Positions 7,921 to 16,321 are shown, counted from the first letter of the stretch. The stretch: DNA of 24,000 bases from an uncultured Synergistaceae bacterium (GCA_964509435.1 CAZDXA010000007.1:53059-77058), one strand, 5' to 3'. Program-made: numbers and translations. Notes: a model not told the origin generated them from the letters alone.

Positions 7921-7950
7921 CGCTCTCAGATGTGCCTGAGAGCGTTTTTT
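7921..7950 (+). terminator. Rho-independent terminator between the HMA gene and the ATPase gene
   Basis: CGCTCTCAG (7921-7929), loop atgtgc, CTGAGAGCG (7936-7944), followed by TTTTTT (7945-7950). Confidence 0.75.
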
Positions 7951-7964
7951 CACATCATAAACAC

Positions 7965-7980
7965 ATGAATATTTATTCAT
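7965..7980. promoter_or_regulatory. Perfect 7-2-7 palindrome upstream of the ATPase gene (candidate ArsR/SmtB-type operator)
   Basis: ATGAATA-tt-TATTCAT, adjacent to TATAAA/TAAAAT -10-like hexamers at 7982-7989 and about 80 nt upstream of the ATG at 8059. The AT-rich hyphenated palindrome has the TGAATA/TATTCA core typical of ArsR-family operators. Confidence 0.45.
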
Positions 7981-8058
7981 ATATAAAATCGGCATACCCG
8001 TGTGCCGCACTTAAAGAACAAAATTTTTATAAGGCTGTGAAGATGGAGGATTTCAGCG

Positions 8059-9942
8059 ATGAACAGGAAACAGAAGATCATGCTTTTGCGCATTATTGCC
8101 GCATCGCTTATGATGATCGCGCTGCATTTCGCGCCGCTGCACGGCGTTCAGCGCTTTCTGCTGTATATGGTGCCCTATCTGACAGTGGGATATGACATTC
8201 TGCTGAAGGCAGGCAGGGGCATTCTCAATCATCAGGTGTTTGATGAGAACTTTCTGATGGGTATAGCCACGGTAGGCGCCATGGCGCTTGCGGTTTATGA
8301 GGACGGCGACTACACTGAGGCCATCGCCGTCATGCTGTTCTATCAGATCGGCGAGCTCTTTCAGAGCATTGCTGTCGGCCGCAGCCGCAGAAACATCAGC
8401 GCGCTGATGGACATTCGTCCTGATTACGCCAATATTGAACGGAACGGGCGTCTGGAGCGGGTTGACCCTGATGAAGTACAGACAGGCACTGTCATCGTGG
8501 TACAGCCCGGCGAAAAAGTGCCCATTGACGGCGTGGTGACAGAGGGCACATCTTCTCTGAACACAGCGGCACTGACCGGTGAAAGTCTGCCGCGCACTGC
8601 CGAACCCGGAAGTGAAATCCTTTCAGGCTGCATCAACATGTCGGGTGTTCTGAAGATCAGAACTACAAAGGAATTCGGCGAGTCAACCGTTTCCAAAATT
8701 CTCGATCTCGTTGAAAACGCCAGTTCGCGCAAGTCCCGCTCCGAGGAATTCATCAGCAAGTTCGCGCGGTATTACACGCCGGCAGTGTGCTACAGCGCTC
8801 TCGCGCTGGCAGTGCTGCCGCCGCTGATCCGTATTACAGCCATGGGGCTGGCCCCCCAGTGGGGCACATGGCTTTACCGTGCGCTGATCTTCCTTGTGAT
8901 CAGCTGCCCCTGCGCGCTTGTTGTCAGCATACCGCTGAGCTTCTTTGCCGGAATCGGCGGTGCAAGCCGTGAAGGCATTCTGGTCAAGGGCTCGAACTTT
9001 CTTGAAACGCTCTCGCGCACAAAATGCGTTGTTTTTGACAAGACAGGAACGCTGACGCAGGGAGTTTTTGAGGTGACCGCAGTTCACCACTGCCCCATCG
9101 ACAAAAACAAACTGCTTGAATACGCTGCGCTGGCAGAAAGCGCCTCGTCCCATCCCATCAGCAAAAGTCTGAAAAAAGCCTACGGACTGCCTCTTGACCG
9201 CAGCCGCGTGACTGATATTCAGGAATACAGCGGCGAGGGCGTCACAGCGGTGGTTGACGGTGTGAAGGTAGCGGCCGGCAACGCCCGGCTTATGAACCGT
9301 TTCGGCATCCCGTTCATCGCCTGTCACAGTGCAGGCTCTATAGTTCACATGGCCATCAGCGGCGAGTACGCGGGACATATTGTAATCAGCGATCTTCTGA
9401 AGCCTAATGCACGTGAAGCCGTTGCGGCACTGCGCAGCGCCGGCGTCAGAAGAACCGTCATGCTGACAGGCGACAGTCAGCGCGTGGCAGAAAGCGTGGC
9501 TCAGGAAGTAGGAGTTGATGAGTATCACGCAGAACTTCTTCCCGCTGACAAGGTTCAGAAAGTTGAGGAACTCCTTTCCAGATGCCGGCGCAGCGAGAAA
9601 CTGGCATTTGTCGGTGACGGCATCAATGATGCACCTGTGCTCTCGCGGGCTGATATCGGCATCGCCATGGGTGCCATGGGCAGCGATGCGGCCATCGAGG
9701 CAGCGGACGTGGTACTGATGGATGACGACCCTCTGAAAATCGCCAAGGCTATCCGCATTTCGCGCAAATGTCTCCGCATTGTGAAAGAAAACATCTGGTT
9801 CGCCATCGGCGTCAAGCTGCTGTGTCTCCTTGCAGGCGCACTCGGACTTGCCGGCATGTGGCTGGCCATTTTTGCCGACGTGGGCGTAATGGTCATCGCT
9901 GTGATCAATGCTATCCGCGCCATGTTTGTCAGAGATATTTAA
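8059..9942 (+). CDS. cadA: P1B-type heavy-metal-translocating ATPase, Zn/Cd/Pb (CadA/ZntA) subtype, lacking an N-terminal metal-binding domain
   Basis: 627 aa with SCPCALVVSIP (CPC in TM6), FDKTGTLT phosphorylation site, TGES-like LTGESLP and GDGINDAP hinge. ENIWFAIGVK (Lys) and FADVGVMVIAVINAIR (Asp-x-Gly) match the Zn/Cd subtype. The protein starts directly with a membrane segment. GGAGGA RBS at 8045-8050. Confidence 0.92.
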   Translation: MNRKQKIMLLRIIAASLMMIALHFAPLHGVQRFLLYMVPYLTVGYDILLKAGRGILNHQVFDENFLMGIATVGAMALAVYEDGDYTEAIAVMLFYQIGELFQSIAVGRSRRNISALMDIRPDYANIERNGRLERVDPDEVQTGTVIVVQPGEKVPIDGVVTEGTSSLNTAALTGESLPRTAEPGSEILSGCINMSGVLKIRTTKEFGESTVSKILDLVENASSRKSRSEEFISKFARYYTPAVCYSALALAVLPPLIRITAMGLAPQWGTWLYRALIFLVISCPCALVVSIPLSFFAGIGGASREGILVKGSNFLETLSRTKCVVFDKTGTLTQGVFEVTAVHHCPIDKNKLLEYAALAESASSHPISKSLKKAYGLPLDRSRVTDIQEYSGEGVTAVVDGVKVAAGNARLMNRFGIPFIACHSAGSIVHMAISGEYAGHIVISDLLKPNAREAVAALRSAGVRRTVMLTGDSQRVAESVAQEVGVDEYHAELLPADKVQKVEELLSRCRRSEKLAFVGDGINDAPVLSRADIGIAMGAMGSDAAIEAADVVLMDDDPLKIAKAIRISRKCLRIVKENIWFAIGVKLLCLLAGALGLAGMWLAIFADVGVMVIAVINAIRAMFVRDI

Positions 9943-9994
9943 TTTATCTGCCGTCCTTGAAACACATGCCGGCAGACTTTCAGCACATCAGCAG

Positions 9995-10032
9995 AAAGCG
10001 CGGTCCGGAACCATTTCCGGGCCGCGCTTTTT
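9995..10032. terminator. Bidirectional terminator between the convergent ATPase and asparaginase-like genes
   Basis: AAAGCGCGGTCCGGAA (9995-10010), loop ccat, TTCCGGGCCGCGCTTT (10015-10030), followed by TT. One G-T wobble. Confidence 0.8.
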
Positions 10033-10055
10033 CTGCTTCTCTTTTCATCGGACTG

Positions 10056-11045
10056 TTACTGGTCAAGAAGATACTTCTGAAGCTCGTCATCTTTCAGGCC
10101 GGCACCAAGCCCCACTGCCAGTTTTATGCGTGCCTGCAGAGGCGTCAGGAACCCGCCGCTCATCACGCCGAATTCGCTGAGTTTGGCAAAAGCCCCCTCA
10201 AAGTCTTCGCTGTCAAGCACGCATCCCTGCCGGCACCGTGAGGTCATTACCACGGGCACGCCGCTGCGCACAAGTGTTTTCAGATAAGACACCCATGCAG
10301 GATACACATTGCCGCCGCCAAAACCGGCAATCACAAGGCCGTCAAGAGAAGGATGCTCCTCTTCGGTCAGCGCCTGAAGGAATCTCTCGCCGGAACCAAG
10401 AGACGCTTCGAGAAGCTCCACATTGCGTGCCGGCGTGAAAGTCCGGTCAAACACTTTACTGCGCCGCGGAAGCTGCCAGAAGTGCACAGCGCCCCCGCAG
10501 ACGCACCCGGCGGATTCTCTGAAATTTCCCATGTACACACCGCGTCCGTAGTTTGACGCCTCGGTTACATCCGACGCGGCATACAGGCGGCCGTTGGCAC
10601 ACAGCAGCACTCCCTGCCCCCAGGATTCGCGGGCATTGGCTGCGGTCAGAGCCTCGCTCATCACTTTCAGCGCATCACTGCCCGGCTCACCGGGCGTGCT
10701 GCGGGTCACTGCAAAAATCAGCGGCTGCGGGTAAATCCACATCAGATCAGCCAGGTAAGCCATTTCCTCTGCGGCATCGCTGCCGCAGAAAACGACAACG
10801 GCATGCGCGCCGCCGGTGACCTGCTGATTCAGAAGTTCAACCAGATCGCCTGTCATGTGCAGCGAGTAATGGCTTCCCGGCTGGTGACTCCAGTCAACAA
10901 GCTTCACCGAATCGGCCATTTCAGCGGGAATCCATGATCTGATCGTTTCGGCATTTTCATTCTGCTGAGCAGCGCCAGGGCCGTTTTCAAGGCCCTGGAC
11001 GATTTCCCCGCCTGCTATCACAAGTGAGATTGTCTGATTCGGCAT
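10056..11045 (-). CDS. Asparaginase/glutaminase-fold protein with non-canonical active-site motifs
   Basis: The overall pattern is type I asparaginase-like: N-terminal beta-strand plus GG loop, CGSDAAEEMAYLADL, C-terminal VVMTSRC..G. I start it at the ATG complement of 11043-11045 (MPNQTISLVIAGGEIV), 2 nt after the stop of the upstream gene. The 394-aa track ORF extends into that gene. Confidence 0.75.
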   Translation of the reverse strand: MPNQTISLVIAGGEIVQGLENGPGAAQQNENAETIRSWIPAEMADSVKLVDWSHQPGSHYSLHMTGDLVELLNQQVTGGAHAVVVFCGSDAAEEMAYLADLMWIYPQPLIFAVTRSTPGEPGSDALKVMSEALTAANARESWGQGVLLCANGRLYAASDVTEASNYGRGVYMGNFRESAGCVCGGAVHFWQLPRRSKVFDRTFTPARNVELLEASLGSGERFLQALTEEEHPSLDGLVIAGFGGGNVYPAWVSYLKTLVRSGVPVVMTSRCRQGCVLDSEDFEGAFAKLSEFGVMSGGFLTPLQARIKLAVGLGAGLKDDELQKYLLDQ

Positions 11046-11047
11046 TT

Positions 11048-11722
11048 TCAGTACCCCAAAGGTTCTCCTACGAGAATCACATATGATTTTCTGCCTTCCG
11101 GCATATCCGGTGCCTGATTGGTGACAAGAAGAAGCCGGCACATGCTGCCCGGCCCGATGCAGCCGTTTTTCGCATGACACCCTGTCACGGCGCAGGGGGT
11201 TCTGCAGCCGAGACGCACTGCATTCGGCGGCGCTGCGCACTCCTGCACACGGGCAATGGCCTTTTCAACGTCAGCGCATACTTTATTCATGCTGATTACA
11301 AAAATCCGGTCGCCCCGGCTCCAGCACATAGCGCCCACGCGGTTGCCGCTGCCGTCAATGTTCACAAGCACGCCGTCCTTTGTAATGGCATTGGAACTGG
11401 TCAGCAGCACATCACACTGCGATTCCTGAAAGCGCGCCTCCATGTTTTCAGCAGGCGCAGCATCAGGGTTCCAGTGCTCCACAACTTTATTCCCGCGGGC
11501 TCTCAGTGCCTCCGGCGCGCCGATTTCGCGGACGGTGACAGACCCGGGGATCCCCACACTGGCCTTCGGCGGTATCAGTTCAAGCACTTTCTTTAATGCT
11601 TCATCGGCCGTGGCCGCATAAAACGGCACGTGTCCGCGCGCTGTCAGCTGCTTTGCCATTACTGCCGCAAGTTTCCGGTACCCCGCTTCCACAGCAGAAC
11701 TCATCGCCGTCGTCTTTTTCAT
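11048..11722 (-). CDS. LUD-domain (DUF162, LutC/YkgG-like) protein with C-terminal cysteine cluster
   Basis: 224 aa with SSNAITKDGVLVNIDGSGNRVGAM, IFVISMNKVCADVEKAIARV, APPNAVRLGCRTPCAVTGCHAKNGC..GPGSMC. This is the typical pattern of standalone lactate-utilisation-type LUD proteins. GGAG RBS. Confidence 0.8.
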   Translation of the reverse strand: MKKTTAMSSAVEAGYRKLAAVMAKQLTARGHVPFYAATADEALKKVLELIPPKASVGIPGSVTVREIGAPEALRARGNKVVEHWNPDAAPAENMEARFQESQCDVLLTSSNAITKDGVLVNIDGSGNRVGAMCWSRGDRIFVISMNKVCADVEKAIARVQECAAPPNAVRLGCRTPCAVTGCHAKNGCIGPGSMCRLLLVTNQAPDMPEGRKSYVILVGEPLGY

Positions 11723-11894
11723 CGTTTCTCCGTTTCTCTTCCAGTCAAAAGGAAGACCTGAAAAAATGCCTTTTAATCACACTCCGCCTGTTTATTTTTT
11801 CTCTTACATAAATAAAAACAGAAAGAGCGCACTTTTTGTTATTTTAACACATCTTCCGGAAAAAAGAAAATTTATGAGTGTCAACCAAAATTAC

Positions 11895-11923
11895 TTGACA
11901 CCGTAAAACAGAACGCCTATAAT
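11895..11923 (+). promoter_or_regulatory. Consensus sigma70 promoter of the ylxM-ffh-rpsP operon
   Basis: TTGACA (11895-11900), exactly 17 nt, TATAAT (11918-11923). It lies about 27 nt upstream of the start codon. Confidence 0.8.
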
Positions 11924-11949
11924 TCTCACGTCTGAAAGGAGTGGGAGCC

Positions 11950-12297
11950 GTGAGCGGAAATGAAGTTCTGGAACGCAGGATTCACCTCTCCCGGCTGTAC
12001 GATCTCTACGGGCCGCTTCTGACTGAGCGCCAGCGCCGTGTATATGAGATGCACGAGCTGGATGATCTTTCTCTTTCGGAAATTTCCAGTGAGCTGAACA
12101 TCAGCCGCCAGGGCGTTTCTGATCAGCTCACGAAAGTGCGTGAACGGCTTGAGGAAATTGAGCGGCTTCTCGGCTTCGCCGACACTCTGAACCGCATTGA
12201 AAGCAGCGCCCGGGCCATCCTTGAGGGCAAAAACAGCGACGCTCATGCCCGCAGCATCATCGAGGCATGCGGCGGAAGGACATCAGATCATGTTTGA
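11950..12297 (+). CDS. ylxM: YlxM/UPF0122 family HTH protein (SRP-operon-associated)
   Basis: LYDLYGPLLTERQRRVYEMHELDDLSLSEISSELNISRQGVSDQLTKVRERLEEIE (sigma-70 region-4-like HTH), located directly upstream of ffh. GTG at 11950 is preferred over 11941 because GGAG (11938-11941) is 8 nt upstream. Confidence 0.85.
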   Translation: MSGNEVLERRIHLSRLYDLYGPLLTERQRRVYEMHELDDLSLSEISSELNISRQGVSDQLTKVRERLEEIERLLGFADTLNRIESSARAILEGKNSDAHARSIIEACGGRTSDHV

Positions 12298-13639
12298 CAC
12301 ACTTAAAGAAAGGCTTGAAAACATCTTCAACGGCCTGCGCGGCCGCGGCAAGCTGACCGAAGACGACGTTCAGCAGGCGCTCCGCGAAATACGCCGTGCG
12401 CTTCTTGAAGCCGACGTCAACTACAAGGTCGTGAAGCAGCTCGTTGAAAACATCCGCGCCCGTGCAGTCGGCGCAGATGTCCTGCAGTCCGTCATGCCGG
12501 CACAGCAGGTAACCGCCATTGTCTATGAGGAAATTGCCAGAATCATGGGCGAAGGCAGCCGCGGAATCACTATTGCCCCCAAGCCGCCGACGCTTGTCAT
12601 GATGGTAGGGCTTCAGGGCGGCGGAAAAACAACCAGCAGCGCAAAACTCGCAAAAAAGCTCGCAAAGAATCACAAACCCCTGCTCGTAGCCTGCGACCTG
12701 CGCCGCCCGGCTGCCGTTGAACAGCTTAAAGTCCTTGCCGGTCAGGCCGGTGCTGCGTTTTTCGGGCCTGAAGAGGGAGAGACTGATGTCACGGCATTGT
12801 CTCAGCGGGCTCTCGCTTACGCTGCAGAACATCTCTATGACGTTCTGATCTTCGATACGGCCGGCCGTCTTGCGATTGACGAAGAAATGATGGCCGAACT
12901 TGACCGCATGAAAGCAGCTCTCAGTCCGCAGGAAATTCTTCTTGTGGTTGACGCCATGTCCGGACAGGAGGCCCTGAACGTCGCTGAGGCTTTCAACAGC
13001 CGTCTCGGCATCACGGGCGTTGTTCTGAGCAAGCTTGACGGCGACGCCCGCGGCGGTGCCGCACTGGCGGTGCTCGCCGCTACAGGTGTGCCCGTGAAAT
13101 TCGCCGGTGTCGGCGAAGGGCTTGACGCCATCGAGCAGTTCGATCCGCACCGCATGGCCGAACGGATCATGGGCATGGGCGACATGGCCGGTCTTGTTGA
13201 AAAGATCAAGGAAGCTGCGACCGAGTCGGACATCCGCCAGATGGCCCAGAGCTTTCAGAAGCAGCGCTTCACCATGGATGATCTGCTCTCTCAGTTTGAG
13301 CAGGTTGAAAAAATGGGGCCGCTTGATAAAGTGATGGACATGCTCCCAAGCGCCGTCACAAGTCAGATGAAGAACCTGCCGCCAGATGCGCTCGATCCGA
13401 AGCGGCTTCTTCAGATGAAAGCCATCATCCAGTCCATGACAAAAGCCGAACGCCGCGATCCCTCCATCATCAAAGGAAGCCGCCGGCGCCGCATCGCCCA
13501 GGGTTCCGGAACGACCGTCCAGATGGTCAACCAGCTGCTGAAGCAGTTCGAGCAGATGAGCGGCCTCTGGAAGCGCTTCGGGAAAATGGGCAGAAAGCAC
13601 GGCATGTTCTCACGTTTCGGGAACATGTTCCGCCGCTGA
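12290..13639 (+). CDS. ffh: Signal recognition particle protein Ffh
   Basis: MFDTLKERLENIFNGLRGRGKLTEDDV N-domain, GLQGGGKTT P-loop, DTAGR, LSKLDGDARGG, and a Met-rich M-domain. ATG at 12290 with GGAAGGA RBS. The track ORF (from 12197) includes an upstream in-frame extension. Overlaps ylxM by 8 nt. Confidence 0.97.
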   Translation: MFDTLKERLENIFNGLRGRGKLTEDDVQQALREIRRALLEADVNYKVVKQLVENIRARAVGADVLQSVMPAQQVTAIVYEEIARIMGEGSRGITIAPKPPTLVMMVGLQGGGKTTSSAKLAKKLAKNHKPLLVACDLRRPAAVEQLKVLAGQAGAAFFGPEEGETDVTALSQRALAYAAEHLYDVLIFDTAGRLAIDEEMMAELDRMKAALSPQEILLVVDAMSGQEALNVAEAFNSRLGITGVVLSKLDGDARGGAALAVLAATGVPVKFAGVGEGLDAIEQFDPHRMAERIMGMGDMAGLVEKIKEAATESDIRQMAQSFQKQRFTMDDLLSQFEQVEKMGPLDKVMDMLPSAVTSQMKNLPPDALDPKRLLQMKAIIQSMTKAERRDPSIIKGSRRRRIAQGSGTTVQMVNQLLKQFEQMSGLWKRFGKMGRKHGMFSRFGNMFRR

Positions 13640-13646
13640 ATTCCGC

Positions 13647-13668
13647 AAAAATCCACACGTGGATTTTT
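13647..13668 (+). terminator. Weak AT-rich hairpin between ffh and rpsP (possible attenuator)
   Basis: AAAAATCCA-cacg-TGGATTTTT, with only two G-C pairs. Confidence 0.3.
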
Positions 13669-13707
13669 AATAAACGACACTTATGTTTCAGGAGGTGTAG
13701 CTGAAAA

Positions 13708-13974
13708 ATGGCAGTAAGAATTCGTCTTTCCCGTCACGGCCGCAAAAAGGTTCCGTTCTATCGTCTTGTGGTAGCAGATTCCCACAGCCCCCGCGACGGC
13801 CGTTTCATCGAAGAGCTCGGCACCTACGATCCCATGAAGGATCCCGCTGAGATCAAGATCAACGAAGAATCCGCCGTGAAATGGCTCCGCAACGGCGCTC
13901 TTCCTTCCGACACCGCACGCGCCCTTCTCAAAAAAGCCGGCGTCTGGGCAAAGTTCACTGAAAAGGCTGAGTGA
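13708..13974 (+). CDS. rpsP: 30S ribosomal protein S16
   Basis: [51 protein letters not shown]. Confidence 0.97.
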   Translation: MAVRIRLSRHGRKKVPFYRLVVADSHSPRDGRFIEELGTYDPMKDPAEIKINEESAVKWLRNGALPSDTARALLKKAGVWAKFTEKAE

Positions 13975-13979
13975 TTTTT

Positions 13980-14249
13980 ATGGATTATCAGGCACTGGTC
14001 AAAACCATCACTGATTCACTTGTCACAAAACCCGAAGCCGTCGAAATCACTGCAGAAAAAGACGCTGAAGGCGTTCTCCGCGTGCTCATTCACGTTGCTG
14101 CAGAGGACACAGGCCGCGTGATCGGCCGCCGCGGCGCCACGATCAACGCAATCCGTCAGCTTGTCCGCGTTTCCTCCGTCAAGGGCGGGGACAAAGTAGA
14201 AGTTGACGTTGCCGAAACCGCCAAAGCCGACGAAAAAGCGGCTGAGTAA
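13980..14249 (+). CDS. khpA: KH-domain RNA-binding protein (KhpA/YlqC-like)
   Basis: LVKTITDSLVTKPEAVEI...GRVIGRRGATINAIRQLV (KH GxxG loop). Conserved position between rpsP and rimM. Start is ATG 13980, or GTG 13971 as in the track. Confidence 0.88.
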   Translation: MDYQALVKTITDSLVTKPEAVEITAEKDAEGVLRVLIHVAAEDTGRVIGRRGATINAIRQLVRVSSVKGGDKVEVDVAETAKADEKAAE

Positions 14250-14257
14250 AAAAAGCG

Positions 14258-14785
14258 ATGTCCCGTGACGTCAGAGTCGTAATCGGGCAGGTTCAGGGCG
14301 TGCACGGCGTGAAGGGCGAAGTGAAAATCCGTCCTCTCACCGATTTTCCCGAGCGCTTTGCCGGCATGAAGGAACTGTCGTTCTATCGGAACGGAGAACC
14401 AGTGGGAACTTACGCTGTCCAACAGGTGCGCAGCGTTCTCGAACGTGGGTACTTTCTTGTTTCCCTGCAGAACGTGGAAAACCGCGATCAGGCAGACACG
14501 CTCCGCGGCTGCACAGTTGAGATCTCCCCTGAAGAACGCGTGCCTCTTGCCCCCGGCGAGTTCTGGGCCAGCGACCTCATCGGCCTTGACGCTTACGACG
14601 ACCGCGGCACACGCCTCGGCACCGTCAGGGATATAGCCGCAAACGGCGCATCAGACCTGATCGTCGTCAGAGATGACAGCGGCAGAGATCATCTGATTCC
14701 CGCCTCACCGCAGTTTTTCCTGAATGCCGATCCCGCCGCCGGGCGCATCACGCTTCATCTCATCGAAGGACTGTGGGAACTGTGA
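14258..14785 (+). CDS. rimM: 16S rRNA processing protein RimM
   Basis: IGQVQGVHGVKGEVKIRPLTDFPERF, followed by a PRC-barrel-like C-terminus. Conserved operon position. Confidence 0.92.
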   Translation: MSRDVRVVIGQVQGVHGVKGEVKIRPLTDFPERFAGMKELSFYRNGEPVGTYAVQQVRSVLERGYFLVSLQNVENRDQADTLRGCTVEISPEERVPLAPGEFWASDLIGLDAYDDRGTRLGTVRDIAANGASDLIVVRDDSGRDHLIPASPQFFLNADPAAGRITLHLIEGLWEL

Positions 14786-15924
14786 AAGTCACTGTTATAA
14801 CCGCATTTCCCGATTTTCTTGACAGTTTTCTGCACACCAGCATCGTCGGCCGCGCTTTCAGCCGCGGTCTGATTGACGTTCGGGTTGTCAACCTGCGCGA
14901 TTTCTCACGCGGAAATTACCATCAGATCGACGACTACAGCTTCGGAGGCAGCGGCGGCATGACCATCATGCCCGAGGTGCTGGAAGACGCGCTCAGTTCC
15001 GTCAGAACCGACGGTATGAAAGTGCTGTTTCCAACCCCTGTCGGTGCCGTGCTGACGCAGGATCTTGTGGAGTCTCTCGCCGCCGAAAAGCACCTTGTCA
15101 TACTCTGCGGTCATTACGAGGGCCTTGATGAGCGTTTTGTGCAGAAATATGTCGACCTTGAATATTCCATCGGCGATTACGTTCTGACCGGCGGTGAAAT
15201 TCCAGCCATGACGCTGATTGACGCAGTTTCCCGTCTAGTCCCCGGCGTCGTCGGCAAGGAACATTCCGTCACAGACGATTCGTTTTACAGCGGTATGCTT
15301 GACACGCCCCACTTCACACGTCCGGCCGTCTGGCAGGGCATTGAGGTGCCAAAAGAACTCACGTCAGGCAACGATGCGCAGATCGAAAAATGGCGCCGGC
15401 GCACAGCAGCGTTCAGAACGCTTTCCCGCCGTCCGGATCTGCTGAGCAGAGCCAATGTGATGGAATACCTTGAAGACGAAGTTTATCTTGGCATGTGTGT
15501 ATCAAACAGCGACCCCGATCTGACGGACGATCTCACAGTCATCAGCAGGACAGCCGCAGCTTATCAGATTGCACGCGTCATTGCGGCACCTGAAAATCCA
15601 GGGGATTTCGACGTGCTGCGTGAAAAACTCCGGCCGCTGCCGGAAGTCAAAGTTGTTCCCTCTGTCAGACGCATGGCAGAGTGGGCTTCGCGAAAAAAAC
15701 ACGGACCACTGCTCACCGTCGCAGCGCAGGCTCCAGGGGGCATCCCCTGGATGGAAGCAAAACGGCGGATCGTTGAAAACAGCGGCCCTGTTCTGATCCT
15801 CTTCGGCGCTGCAGCCGCAGGAGACAGAGTTACAGACATGCGTCCGCAGGAAACCACCGGTGGAGTTCTGCCTCGCACCGCTCTCGTTTCCACCACGCTG
15901 GACCGTTTTTTCGGTTCCAGATAA
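14782..15924 (+). CDS. trmD: tRNA (guanine37-N1)-methyltransferase TrmD fused to a C-terminal Tm1570-like SPOUT domain
   Basis: The N-terminal ~236 aa are TrmD ([68 protein letters not shown]). The frame continues about 145 codons to 15924. GTG at 14782 overlaps the rimM stop (GTGA); the track start is 14773. Confidence 0.9.
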   Translation: MKVTVITAFPDFLDSFLHTSIVGRAFSRGLIDVRVVNLRDFSRGNYHQIDDYSFGGSGGMTIMPEVLEDALSSVRTDGMKVLFPTPVGAVLTQDLVESLAAEKHLVILCGHYEGLDERFVQKYVDLEYSIGDYVLTGGEIPAMTLIDAVSRLVPGVVGKEHSVTDDSFYSGMLDTPHFTRPAVWQGIEVPKELTSGNDAQIEKWRRRTAAFRTLSRRPDLLSRANVMEYLEDEVYLGMCVSNSDPDLTDDLTVISRTAAAYQIARVIAAPENPGDFDVLREKLRPLPEVKVVPSVRRMAEWASRKKHGPLLTVAAQAPGGIPWMEAKRRIVENSGPVLILFGAAAAGDRVTDMRPQETTGGVLPRTALVSTTLDRFFGSR

Positions 15925-15952
15925 AATATGTAAAAGCAGGGAGGTTCACACC

Positions 15953-16303
15953 ATGGATCCCAGAATGAAACTCGTTGAGCAGAAGTATATGAAAACCGAC
16001 ATTCCCGAATTCCGTCCCGGCGACACCGTCCGCGTCGCCGTCAAGGTTAAGGAAGGCGCCCATGAACGTCTTCAGGCCTTTGAGGGCATCGTCATCGCCC
16101 GCAAACACGGCGGAATCGGCGAAAGCTTCACCGTCCGCAAGATCAGCAACGGCGTCGGCGTCGAGAGAATTTTCCCTCTCCACTGCCCCAGCATCGCCAA
16201 AATTGAAGTCAAGCGCCTCGGCCGCGTCCGCCGCGCGAAACTGTACTACCTGCGCAGCCTCAGCGGAAAGAGCGCCCGCATCAAAGAACGCCGCCCCAAG
16301 TAA
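15953..16303 (+). CDS. rplS: 50S ribosomal protein L19
   Basis: [66 protein letters not shown] at 15953 with GGGAGG RBS (15938-15943). The track ORF from 15860 is an upstream in-frame extension. Confidence 0.97.
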   Translation: MDPRMKLVEQKYMKTDIPEFRPGDTVRVAVKVKEGAHERLQAFEGIVIARKHGGIGESFTVRKISNGVGVERIFPLHCPSIAKIEVKRLGRVRRAKLYYLRSLSGKSARIKERRPK

Positions 16304-16321
16304 GCGCGTTTCCGGAAAAAA

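Noticed and set aside
7932-8195. 87-aa plus-strand ORF upstream of and overlapping the ATPase start
   Set aside because: It starts inside the terminator loop, lies out of frame with the ATPase, and has no RBS.
8683-9528. 281-aa minus-strand ORF
   Set aside because: Antisense shadow of the P-type ATPase gene.
11046-11240. N-terminal 65-codon extension of the asparaginase-like ORF (track 10056-11240)
   Set aside because: The extension overlaps the 3' end of the LUD-domain gene in another frame and is Arg/Cys-rich. The ATG at 11045 sits 2 nt after the upstream stop and begins the conserved beta-strand plus GG loop.
12257-13600. 447-aa minus-strand ORF
   Set aside because: Entirely antisense to ffh, whose identity is unambiguous. 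The translation has no recognisable motifs. Shadow ORF.
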